Shown in pieces: positions 52,496 to 64,000 of a stretch of DNA of 64,000 bases; position 1 is the first letter of the stretch; every line of letters starts with the position of its first letter. The DNA comes from Isurus oxyrinchus (lineage: Eukaryota). Where the stretch lies: assembly GCA_026770705.1 (NCBI GenBank), contig JANJGN010000210.1:744001-808000 (forward strand). Direction: 5' to 3'. A model generated the notes under the pieces. That model had not been told where the DNA came from. It made no database searches and saw nothing but the letters and a program-made list of their open reading frames with translations. Position numbers and translations under genes: made by a program.

Positions 52496-52788
52496 TCAGA
52501 GAAGGAGTTTGTTTAAATTCGTGATCTCTAACACAGCAGGAACGACAAAGAAAATGATAGTTAAATAACATAATGGGTCGAGGTTTGCAAAAAGGTATTC
52601 CACTTTGTTCGTAGTGACGGACATGCCAAATCTGCAGAGATTTTGAAAGTATTCCAATCACATTTATAAATATAATGACCAGCACAGGCTGGAATATCTC
52701 ACTGATTCATTCTTAAGCGAGTCGGAATCGGGTTTTTGAGAAGGCAGTGAACTTAAATCTCTATATTTTACAGTGAACAGTCTGCCGC

Positions 52789-52857
52789 AGTATTTGACAT
52801 GGTGTGTCTCACTGTGATATACTGGATGGCACAGCAGTTACTGTCAATACAAAAACA
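52789..52857 (+). other. IGHD: DH2 segment (coding 52817-52829, ATATACTGGATGG) with 12/12 RSS
   Basis: AGTATTTGA-12-CACTGTG / CACAGCA-12-ACAAAAACA. Confidence 0.93.
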
Positions 52858-53187
52858 CCTCAGCACTAATTGAGTCTGCCTGGATCAGTGCTCGCTTTTA
52901 CAATCCAACTATATTTACAATGAAGTATTATTTTTGTTCAGCATTGACCAAAGCAACGTGATTTAAGATGGAAAAGTTGTGATAATTATCCATTCATCAG
53001 TTGGTGATTTCAATAACATCTTCATGTGCTACTCTGTGAATTATAAAAAATGAGGGTCATTGATGAATAGCGAAAGATATCCACAAACGCAAATATAATT
53101 TTGTGAGGATTCATCGTGATCTTCCTTTGCATCTGACTTATGAATATTTAGAATAATGGTGGATTTCTGTCTTTTTCGTGCAGGGAC

Positions 53188-53274
53188 GGTTATTGTATGT
53201 CACAGCCCAGGGAATGTAACACTGTGACGCTATGGACTACTGGGGACAAGGGACCATGGTGACGGTGACTGCAG
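53188..53274 (+). other. IGHJ: JH segment (coding 53227-53274, AMDYWGQGTMVTVTA) with 23-RSS
   Basis: GGTTATTGT-23-CACTGTG, WGxG motif, phase-1 GTAAGA donor. Confidence 0.97.
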
Positions 53275-56264
53275 GTAAGAACCATGCACTTTTTAAAAAC
53301 TGTACTATTTAAGTCTTTGCTTTACATTTTTGTCTATTTTAATAATTCACTCGTTCACTGAAATGTGGGTTTGGTGGATTCTGTGTGCAGATTTTTTTAC
53401 AATGCTTCATGCGATTCTGCTGAAATTGAGTTATATAATTCCGCTGTGTCTTGACAAAAAAGTGTTACTGAGGGATTGAGTCCCTGGTTGTTGTGATTTG
53501 GTGTTTATCTGCTGAGGATACTGTGTGACCGGGCTACTTGAAATGTCTAACGTTTGTTAAAACAGTTTGACGTTTCTGCAATGTTTAATCTCGGTGACAT
53601 CTAATGGCTGCGGGTTTTACCATCTGTTACACAGGGTTTAAATATGTCTGAAATCAAGCCTAATTTAAACAAAATGTGCTTAAGTTTCAATGTTAATTTA
53701 TTGAACATGTTCCGCCTACTCACAATGCTGGTGCCATTATTCCATATTTCTGTTTAGTTTAATTATTCATTCATTTGGTGACGATCGAGTTGTCTGGATT
53801 CGTTGTTGAGTTTTTCTTGCAATGTGACATTGAATTCTGTTGGAAGTATTTGTTCAATTGAGCTGCTTCTCCATGAAACAGGTTTCAGCCCCTCAGTGAT
53901 GTGATTCTGGTGTATTTTCTGCTGAGGAGATTGTGTGTCTGGGTGACTTTGAATTAGTAGAATTTGTGAAACGGTTTGGCGGTTCTGCATTGTTTCTGCT
54001 TTGTTTAAACTCGGTGACATTGAGCGGTTACACGTTTTGTGGTTGAATGGAAACAGTCTACGCGTTTGTATCTGCTTGAAGCGCGATTGTAGGCAGAAAA
54101 CAGGTTTCAGAAATGGGGAAAAAGCGTTTAACGATGCCTTAGAACATTTTGTTTTTATTTTAAGTGATAATTGCAAATTAAACTAAATCATGGATAATGA
54201 CGCTCATTCAGAACATAACTCGGTACTGCAATCAGAAACTATATAATTAACAAGTTTTCAAATTGTAAAGTAAAATGAATATAATTCAAACAATTATAAT
54301 ATGGTAATATTTCTCCATATTGACGGAACAACTTTCATATTAACATAATTGCTCATTAATCGTCTTTCACAATTCTGCTGTGCACTGCGCACTATTAAGA
54401 TGATAGGAAAAGTTTTTAGGCTGGAAACATTTTGTGATTATGTATTAAAAAAATCAATAAGAATATACTGATTCTACAGAATTGTTCAGATTCACAAGAG
54501 ATTTTGAATTATTTTTTTAGATCCCTGATAACCTTTATCTTAAAATCTTAAAACCTTATCTTAAAGACTTAAAGAGGAGTTTGACATTGCAGTTTGGCAA
54601 TATGTGTATCCGTTTATTACAACCTTTCTGTGCAACCAGAGCCGCATTATTCCTTCAATGTCATTGGGATTTGGATAGCGAGATAATTGTCACTAGTTTA
54701 ATCTTAAACAGTTTTTTGGGGGTAGAATTTGCTGGCAGTAAATGAATTGTTCTTACATTTTCTTGAAATGTAGGAAGGTGCAGACTGCATATGAATAGAG
54801 ATTGACAAGTAAAAGCTTGAAATTCGAACAGATTAATTTAATTGCAAACATTAATATTAGTTTTGAGCTTAATAACAATACCTCCCATAGTTGTGCTGGA
54901 CACAGAATAGAATTATAGGGGAAGAACAGATTATATCTGAGATTCATGCTTAATTCTTATTAAATGTTAAATTGAAGAACAAAATCTCGAATCCTTTTGC
55001 TGGTTATATTTCAGTGGCGCAGATGATCTGAATGAATTGTTCTCATCAAGTTTTATACTGATCAATTTGGATCTTCTTTCAATGAACAACATATTTAACC
55101 ATTAAATTATAGGGATTGTTATCTAGGAAGCACTTTTATTGTTAAGTAACTGCTAGGAACATTTTTTACATATAGCTTGGAATTAAGACAAGTTTGCTTT
55201 AACCAACAGATGGTGTTACAGCCCATCGACAGTTAATGTGATGTGACCCCCGGCCATATTTGAAAATATTTAAAATATTCCACTCATAAAGTCATCGTGT
55301 GAATTACTCGATGAGAATAGATGGAATTTATGATTTCTCAATGCGTTCAGAAACACGCATAGTTTACAATTTTGTACGTTAAAACAGAGCAGTGGAAGTA
55401 AAAGTAAAATAGTAAATAATGATTAGATTTAAGTAAAATTGATATACTTCTCTGAATGTTACCATCCGGTAATTTCAAGTTTATTGTTCAACATTGTTTC
55501 AGTGTCAGGTTGATTTAAATAAACCCCAATTATTTCACAAAGTACCAGGGAGAAACAAGTTTTCAATTATTGAAAACCATTTTTAATATTATAGAGTAGA
55601 AATCAGCTAACAAGAAAATGAATTGACAATAACAAGATAATTAACTTACAAGATAATATTAGTGAAAATTAATTCAACATAAATAAACTCCAACAATTAA
55701 GTAGTCATTATAATGAATGCAAAATCTCAAAGGGTGGAGAGAATTTTTAATTGTATCCAAAATGAATTTAGAAAAGAATACTTCCTTACTCAGCTGTGCT
55801 CAGCTCGATAAGGTGTTTCGCCTTGATGATTTTCTTGATTATATTTATATCTACAATCACATCAAATCAGTGGGTAATCGATTTTCAATGTGACTATTTC
55901 CTGATTTGTTTAATTCTTACCTTGTCATTGAGTTTCTGTTACGGACATGAAATTACCCTGAATCTGTCATATTTAATGTGCTCATTTTCAGGGTAACTTA
56001 AATCTTACATTGTTTGGAGATTTGAGGCAGACAGGGAGAATTAAATGGAGTTCAAAGGGAGTTTTAAAATGAAAATCAGATTAATTTCAAAGAAGTTATA
56101 GAATAATTGTAGTAAATTGACCATTGATCAATTAGAATCAAACAGCTTGAATAAAATGGACAGATTGAACAGATCTATCTGCTGGGAACTCACTTGTTGC
56201 ATCATTTATGTCTGTTCTGTGCCTGTGCGCGTGGTCACTATGCTGGGACCAGGATTCTGACATA

Positions 56265-56720
56265 TTGACAGTGAAGGAACGGCGATATAATTCCAAGTCA
56301 GAATAGTGGGTGCCTTGGAGGGGAACGTACAGGTGACAGTGTTTCCAAGCACCTGCTGCCCTTGTCCTTCTAGTTAGCAGAGATTGTGGGTTTTAAGGGT
56401 GCTCCTGAAGGAGCCTTGGCGAGTTGCTGCAGTGCATCTTGTATATGGTACACACTGCTGTCACTGTGCATCGGTGGGGGAGGGAGTAAATGTTTAAGGT
56501 GGTGGATGGGGTACCAATTCTGTGGGCTGCTTTGTCCCGGATAGTATCGAGTTTCTTGGGGTTTTTTGAAGTTTCACTCATTGAGGCAAGTGGAAACTAT
56601 TCAATCCCAGTCCTGACTTGTGCCTTGTAGATGGTCAGTTGTCTTTGGGCAATAGGAGTTGAATTGCTCGCCACAGAATTCCCAGCCTCTGACCGGCTCT
56701 TGCAGCCACAGCATTTATAT
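56265..56720 (-). mobile_element. Non-LTR retrotransposon 3' fragment
   Basis: ORF 56393-56581 KLDTIRDKAAHRIGTPSTTLNIYSLPHRCTVTAVCTIYKMHC. Confidence 0.7.
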
Positions 56721-57479
56721 CAAAACTGGATTGAACCCTCTCGTGGGCATATTTGATGGAACAATGTAGAGAGAGTTTTATTTTATGTCAAACCAGTGCT
56801 GTACCTGACCCGGAGTGTTTGACAGTTCAGTGGAGAATTGGCTTTCTGTTGAATCCCATCCTTGCAGCTGATGACAGGAGTGTAGCGGAGGAGGAGTGGG
56901 GGCTTTAATCCATGTCTTAACTTGTCCTGTTCCTGACTTGAGAGCCTTTTCCCTGCAGAGGTCAAACAAACTGAATCAGCATCGAACTAACTGGCTGTGA
57001 GTCCTAGACCAGATCTGTGAAAATAAATAGTTCCATTGCTCGGTTGAAATGACGCACATTAATTGTTTTTAACAATATTTCTGGAGAGAACATGTATGCA
57101 TTTTAAATGAATTAATTATGTTTAAGCATTTTGAGTATCAGAAAATCATTGAATGTGAGTGACCTGAACTTGAGCACAATTTCAGAACAAACAGAATCAG
57201 GGAGTAACAGTGAGGCTCCAGAGAGCAGCACCTGTTCTGATCTGATCAGAGGCTGCAAGTTATTTAAATGATTGAAATGGACAATGACCAGACTCCCACT
57301 CCAAATAACCAGTCGTGGGGAATTTGGGGAAAAGAAGCCGCCATCAAATACTGAGTTATTGAATTGCCGCCTGCAGGAGGAGGAATGAATGACAGAAATA
57401 AGAGCATGAGGAGGACATTCGGCCCTTCGATCCTGCCCTCCATTCAGTAAGATCATGGTTCATCTACCTGGACACTCAG

Positions 57480-57955
57480 TCTCTTTACCACACACCCCCA
57501 CTCGCTCACTCTCTGCGTCACACACGCTCTCTCTCTCACACACACGTTCACTCTCTCTCTCTCTCTCACGCATTTTCTCTGACAGACACACACTGTCTCT
57601 TTCTCTCTCTGTCTCACACACACACACACAAACATACTCTCACATTCTCTCTTTCACACACACAACCTCTCTTTAACACGCCCACACTCTGTCTCACACA
57701 TTGCCTCTCTTTCACACACACTCTCACACATACTGTCTCAACTACACACACTCTCATGCACGTGCACACTGTCTCTCCAACACACACATGCACTATTTCT
57801 CACACATGCACTCTCACACACTCATTCTCTCTCACACACACACACACACACTTTCTGTCTCTGTCTCTCTCTCTCTTTCCCTCTCAAAAACACACATACA
57901 CTTGCATGCACTCTCTCTCTCTCTTTCTCACGCACACACACACATTCTCACATAC
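57480..57955. repeat. Mixed (CA)n/(CT)n microsatellite
   Basis: Direct inspection. Confidence 0.9.
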
Positions 57956-58527
57956 ATATGTGGGCTGAAAATACTAATTTCAGAATGAAAATCCGTTAAA
58001 CTGCATGCATGTTCATTGTTCCATTTCTGAAGTCCTTTTATGTAAAATGCAATTACACACGTGACATCACTATATATGTGGAGAATTTCCAAGTGTTGAA
58101 CTAAACACAAAGAAACAAGAAAATGGGAGGGATGTGATGGAGACCACGGCCGACTGGATCCCCAATACTGGTGCACACTTGGTGCAAGATACCTGCACGG
58201 CCCATCCTGGTTTTGCTGTAACCTTCCCCTCCAGCCCCTCAGTCTGCCTATTCGTGCACTGACACGGATTTCTCAAAGAAAGGCATCAGCATTAAAGCAG
58301 CTGGCCAGTGCTCTACACTGCTGCCTGACTTTACACAGCCGGTGTTCCTGAAAGCTGATCAATCTGGAGAATCGGGACAGGGTCGATGGAGAGGAAGAGG
58401 AGGAGGTGGAGCTGGTGGAGCTGAATGGAGGAGCCCCCAGCTCGGCAACAGGCAATGGAAAGCTGAGCCAGAGCAGAAAATCATCTGAAGAAACATCACC
58501 TTGATGAGCCTGCAGCACCTGGGCACC

Positions 58528-59340
58528 CTCACTACCCACAATCACTCACCCTCATTCTCTCACTCACCCTCACTACCCATAATCACTCATCCTCACTCAA
58601 TCTCACTCACTCAGCCTCACTCACTCGCCATCACTCATCCTCACTCCCTCACCCACCCTCACTCACTCACCCTCACTCACTCGCCCTCACTCCCTCCATC
58701 ACTCATCCGCCCTCCCTCACCCACCCATGCTCACTCACCCTCACTCACTCACTCACACTCACTCACCCATCACTCACTCTCTCTCACTCACCCTCACTCA
58801 CCCAGTCTCATTCTCACTCACTTACTCACCCTAACTCACTCACTCTCACTCACCCTCACTCACCTTTCCCTACCGAGCCTCATTCTCACTCAATTACCCA
58901 CCCTAACTCACACTCACTCACTCTCACTCACCCACAGTCACTCACCCAGCCTCATTCACACTCATTCACCCACCCTCACTTATCCACCCTTACTCATCCA
59001 CCCTCACTCATCCTTACTCAAACTCACTCATCCACCCATCCTTATTCACCTACCTGCACTCACAGTCAATAACTCATCCTCCCCACCCTCACACACTCAA
59101 TCACCCTCACTTACATACCCACCCTCACACACCCAGCAACTCTCACTCACCCACTCATCCACCCTCAGTCAATCACCCACCCTCACTCACTCATCCATTC
59201 TCACTCACCCACATTCAGGCACCCACCCACGCTCACTCATCACTCACCCACGCACCCTCACTCACTCAGCCACCTGCCCTCGCTCTGTCACTCAGCCCCC
59301 TCACTTTGTCAACCATGCACAGGCTCACTCACTCGATCAC
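58528..59340. repeat. C-rich low-complexity repeat (CACT/CACC-based)
   Basis: ctcactcacc-type units; G almost absent from the + strand. Confidence 0.9.
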
Positions 59341-59439
59341 TTTTCCTAAATCGGCGTGTGGGAGGGCGGGAACTGCGGGAACGAGAGACCTGGAAGCGAG
59401 GCCTGAGGCCTAGCAGTGCCAGAAAGTGGAGGATGGCCG

Positions 59440-60915
59440 AAGGGAGCGATGAGCGTCGGTCGAAAGGGCAGAGAGGCGAGGAGAAAGTGCAGAGAGCCTG
59501 GGGGAAAAGGCAGAGAGCCGAGGGGGTTGGGGTGGAAGGGTAAAGAGCCGGGGGGTTTGGGGGGAAGGGAAGAGAGTCGGGGAAAAGGGCAGGGATCCAG
59601 CAAAAAGTGCATAGAGATTGGGCAAGGGTCAGCGAGCCCGAGAACGGTCAGCGATCCAGTGGAAAAGGTCAGAGAGCCGAGCGAAAGCGCAGAGACCCGT
59701 GGAGTAAGTGCAGAGAGCTGGGGGAGAAAGCACAGAGAGGCGGGGGGTGGGGTGAAGTGCAGAGAGGCAGGAGGGGGAAAGGGCAAAGAGGCGGCGGGGG
59801 AAAGGGAAACAGCAAAGAGGTGGGGTGGAGGGTTGAGAGGCAGGGGGGGCAGTGTGGAAAGGGCAATAAAGCGGGGGGCAAAGGGCAGAGAGGCGGGAGG
59901 GGGAAAGGGCAGAGAGGCGGGAGGGGGAAAGGGCAGAGAGGCAGGAGGGAAAAAGGACAGAGAGGCAGGAAGGAGAAACGGCAGAGAGGCAGGAGGGGGA
60001 AAGGGCAGAGAGGCTGGAGGGAAAAAGGACAGAGAGGAGAGGAGGAAAGGGCAGGGAGGCCGGAGGAGGAAAGGGCAGAGAGGCCGGAGGGAAAAAGGGC
60101 AGAGAGGCGGGAGGGGGAAAGGGCAGAGAGGTGGGAGGGGAAATGGGCAGAGAGGAGAGGAGGAAAGGGTAGAGAGGCGGGAGGGGGCAAAGGGCAGAGA
60201 GGTGGGAGGGTGAAGGGCAGGGAGGCGGGAGGGGGAAAGGGCAGGGAGGCGGGAGGGGAAAAGGGCAGAGAGGCCAGAGGGAAAAAGGGCAGAGAGGCAG
60301 AAGGGTGAAAGGGCAGAGAGGCTGGCGAGAAAGGGAAGAGAGGCGAGGGGTAAAGGGCAATGAGGCAGGAGGGGCAAAGGGCAGAGAGGCGGGTGGGGCA
60401 AAGGGCAGAGAGGCAGGTGGGGGGAAAGGGCAGAGAGGCGGGAGGGCAAAGGGTAGAAGGGCCAGAGGGGGAAAGGGCAGAGAGACGGGAGGGGGAAAGG
60501 GCAGAGAGACGGGAGGGGGAAAGAGCAGAGAGGTGGGAGGAGGAAAGGGCAGAGAGGCGGAGGGAGGAAAGGGCAGAGAGGCAGGAGGGGGAAAGGGCAG
60601 AGAGGCGGGAGGGGGCAAGTGCAGAGAGGAGGGTGGGGGTAAAGGGCAGAGAGGTGGAGGGAGGAAAGGGCGGAGAGGCAGGAGGGGGCAAGTGCAGACA
60701 GGAGGGTGGGGGTAAAGGGCAGAGAGGCTGCAAGGGAAAGGGCAGAGAGGCAGGAGCAGGCAAGAGCAGAGAGGTGGGGGGGGGGAAGGGCATAGAGGTG
60801 GAGGGAGGAAAGGGCAAAAAGGCGGAGGGAAAGAGCAGCGAAGCGGGCAGGGGGGAAGGGCTGAGAGGTGGGGGAATGGGGAAGGGCAGCGAGGTGGGCA
60901 AAAGTGCAGAGAGCC
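59440..60915 (+). repeat. G-rich 24-bp tandem repeat (aaagggcagagaggcgggaggggg)
   Basis: Period 24 at 59881, 59905, 59929; nearly all purine on the + strand. Confidence 0.95.
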
Positions 60916-61379
60916 GGAATACGGTGGGGACATCCGGGCGAAAGCATTTGTGAGCCGAGGCTCCAGGCACCCTGGGCCCCATTCTCTCTCTCTCTCTCTC
61001 TCTCCCTCATTGCATCTCCTCCTCCTGAAATCCTTTCCTTTCCTGGGGAAAGGTGATAAGTGCCTAGGAGAGAAAGGAGACAATGTCTCAGTGCGCTCCC
61101 CCCCCCTCACCCCGGTCCCACCGGCTTCCTACACCTTCCTCCAGTGGGTGTTCACTGCCCCTCCAATCACAACCTGTTTGTCTCCCACTTTTCCTGCTGA
61201 TAGGCCCACTAGTCAGGCTATCAGCAGCTAACGGGGTAGGGGGCCCGCCTGAGACTGGGGGAGCATCTCCTTACAGATATCTTCAACTCCACTTACCTGC
61301 CTTACTAGCATTTTGAACAACGGCTCCGGGGGCCAGACAGAGGGACTTCGGGGGCCACAATCCAGTGAAGGGACATGGA

Positions 61380-62985
61380 TTGGACAAGCCCATAATAAAG
61401 GAAAATAAGGAAATGGGCAGAGAAGTTGGCCAAATACTTTGGCCTTAACGAGGTGGTTACTAAAATGGCAGAGGCATTGGTTTTAATTTTCCAAACTTCC
61501 CGAGATTCTGGCACAGTCTAATCAGGTTGGAAAATAGAGAATGAGGCTTTCTCTTAAAGAAAGGAGGGAAAGGGAAAGCAAGAAACTACAGGCCAGTTAG
61601 CTTAACATCTGTCAGAGCAAAAATGTTTTAATCTTTTCTTAAAGAGTATATCACGGGTCACCAAGAAAATCCAAATGCAAATATGGAGATCCATCATAGT
61701 TTTGTGAAAGGGAAATCAATCACGTTTGGCTGATTTATTTGAGGCCTTTGAAGTAAGAAGGAACATGAATAAAGGAGAACCTGTGGGTGTGCTATACTTG
61801 GACTTCAAGAAGGCATTTGACAAAGTGGCACGTCAAGGTTATTACACAAAATAGTGGTGTCAGCAGTAACATTTCAGCATGGATAGAAGTTTGGTTAGCT
61901 AACAGAAAACAGAGAGCAGGGATAAATTGGTTATTTTAGATTGGCAAGATGTGACAAGTGGAGTGCCACAGGGATCAATGCTGCGGCCTCAACTATTTAC
62001 AATTTATAACAATGACTTGAATGAAAGGACTGAATGAATTTGCTAAATTTGCTGATAACACAAAAATAGATAGTAAAGTAAATGGTGAAGAGAGGGTAAA
62101 GATCAGCAAAGGGATATCGATAGGTTAATTGAGGGCAAAAAAATGACAGATGGAGTATAATCTGGGAAAATATAAACTTGTCCACTTTGGCAGGAAGAAT
62201 ACAAAAGCAGCGTATTATTGAAAGGGAGAGAGATGGCAGAACCCTGAGGTACAGAGGGATGTGGATCCCTTGGTGCATGAATCACAAAAAGTTATAATAC
62301 AGGAACAGCAAGTGATGAGGAAGGCAAAGGGAATGTTGGCATTTATCACAAGGGGAACAGAATATAATGGAAGGATATTTTGCTACAGTTTAACGGGGTG
62401 GCGATGAGACCTCGTCTGAATTACTGTGTACAGATTTGGTCTCGTTTAAGAAAGGATATAAAAGCATTAGAAGCTGTTCAGAGAATGTTCGTTCAAATGA
62501 TACTGGGAGGTGTCGTCAGTTATCTTATGAGGAAAGTTTGGATAGGCTGGGCCTGTATCCATCGGAGTTTAGAAGAATAAGAGCTCATTTTATTCAAACA
62601 TATAAAATCCTGAGGGGAATTAACAGGGTGGATGCTGAAAGGATGTTTCCTCTTGTGAGAGAGACTAACGATAGGGAACACGGTTTAAAAATAAGAGGTC
62701 TCCCGTTTCAGACAGAAATGAGGGGATTTTATTTTTTCTTTCAATGACTCGTGAAACTTTGGAACTCTTCCCCAGAGACCGATGGAGGAGGAGTCATTAA
62801 TATTTCAAGGCAGAGGTAGAGAGATTCTTCATTGACAAGGGAGTCAAAGGTTAGCCGAGAGGAGGCGGGAATGTAGAGTTCACGCCACAATCGGATCAGC
62901 TATGATCGGTAGTGAATGGTGGAGGAGGCCCCAGAGGCCGAATGGCCTACTCCTGCTACTGATCCGCATGTTCACATGTACATAC
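61380..62985 (+). mobile_element. CR1-type LINE, decayed RT and 3' end
   Basis: NYRPVSLT, YLDFKKAFDKV, SGVPQGS and KFADNT codons; CR1 3' end. Confidence 0.88.
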
Positions 62986-63526
62986 GATTGGAAAATATCG
63001 TACTAACAGTCACTGGTATTCAGTTTAGAGTTCTATGGTTATTATATAGGTACCATTACAAAGGTACTTTCGAAGGGTTATTGCTGTTTTGGGGGGGACG
63101 TGGAGAGGGGAGGGGGCATCAGTCAATTTGAACAGAGCCAATTTTCAAAGCTGCAATGATATAAATGACGAGATAAATTCTCTATCACCAAGTGCTGTTG
63201 ATTGAGAAATAAATGGTGCCAAAATAATGGGGAAGATGCTCTGCTCTTCCATTTTAATCCACTGAAAGGTACGTCATTCAGATGACATCAAAATGTTCTC
63301 TTTTAGTAATGGGATAGAGGCGGAAAAAGAGGTGTGGGTTTCTAAAGAGGGAACCGACAAGTGAGGGTCACCAAATAATGGAAATAATAAATGATCAAAT
63401 GTGGATGTGGGCTTTAGTTGGAATATATTTGGATATGTTTATAGTTCTAGTCTAATTTCGAGTTGTTTGGTTACTTAATGATCACAAATCAGAGGCTAAC
63501 TTGTTCGATCGGCCATTCTTTCCCAG

Positions 63527-63826
63527 CGACACCGTCTTCGCCCACTCTCTACAGCCTGGTCTCCTCCTGTCAGCAACACAACCCCGACGGCTCCTTCACC
63601 TACGGCTGTTTGGCAATGGACTACTCCCCAGAAATCACCAGCCTGACCTGGAAGAAAGATGGGCAGCCGATCGCTACTGGATTTAAGACTTACCCGTCGG
63701 TGAGAAACCAGAAGGGAACTTTCACCCTGAGCAGCCAGTTAACCATCACCGAGTCAGATGGAGAATGCAGCAAAATCAAGTGTGAGGTTCGATACAGCGG
63801 CTCAGACAAGAGCATTGAAATGCACT
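63527..63826 (+). CDS. IGHM: IgM heavy-chain constant exon 1 (Cmu1)
   Basis: ttcccag acceptor, 300 nt, phase 1/1, GTAAGT donor. [46 protein letters not shown]...LSSQLTITE...CEVR matches recalled shark Cmu1. Confidence 0.93.
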
Positions 63827-64000
63827 GTAAGTATTGGGGAACCTGTGAGAAACAGAAAGACAGTGATTGACCTGTATAGGGCCTTGGCTGTAACGCATTT
63901 ATAGTGCTCTGCATAGTTCTGATCCCTGGAAATTCCAAGTTCGTGTCCATCGACCGCAAAGAGCCTGTTAAAATATAAGAACTTATTGTATCTGTTATCA

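Noticed and set aside
52731-52775. Extra nonamer GGTTTTTGA between D1 and D2, suggesting a third D
   Set aside because: No heptamer at 12 or 23 nt spacing.
58270-58520. Acidic-stretch sequence resembling a Harbinger-type transposon remnant
   Set aside because: No terminal repeats or catalytic motif could be identified by eye.
58501-61110. Long Pro/Leu-, Gly/Arg- and His/Ser/Thr-rich ORFs (up to 554 aa)
   Set aside because: Open in several frames on both strands because the low-complexity repeats lack stop codons; intronic.
63770-63790. Extra Cys in Cmu1 (ECSKIKC)
   Set aside because: As recalled, other shark Cmu1 sequences have the same Cys, so it is not distinctive.

Overview
Cartilaginous-fish (shark-type) genomic DNA from an antigen-receptor region. 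The left end (minus strand) holds a NAR-type leader-V-J unit, most likely a NAR-TCR cassette. Its V is frameshifted, carries a 41-nt germline CDR3-like tail and ends in a 12-spacer RSS, with no free D visible before the J. At about 8.5-23 kb lie decayed TCR alpha/delta-like V pseudogenes, several with still-recognisable 23-RSS. A ~10 kb satellite built from two 27-bp subunits (54-bp unit) occupies 29.6-40 kb. It is interrupted by a young Penelope-like retroelement with a 5' inversion, a target-site duplication and a hammerhead-like motif. The right end (plus strand) holds an apparently intact IgM heavy-chain cluster: leader-VH(23)-(12)D1(22)-(12)D2(12)-(23)JH, a 10.25 kb intron, then Cmu1. That intron contains a 1.5 kb G-rich 24-bp tandem array on the non-template strand, resembling a switch region. 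The remainder is CR1 and RTE LINE fragments, tRNA-derived and Deu-type SINEs, and microsatellites. Most short six-frame ORFs are repeat-derived. All alignments and family assignments were made by eye from recalled consensus sequences, not by database search.
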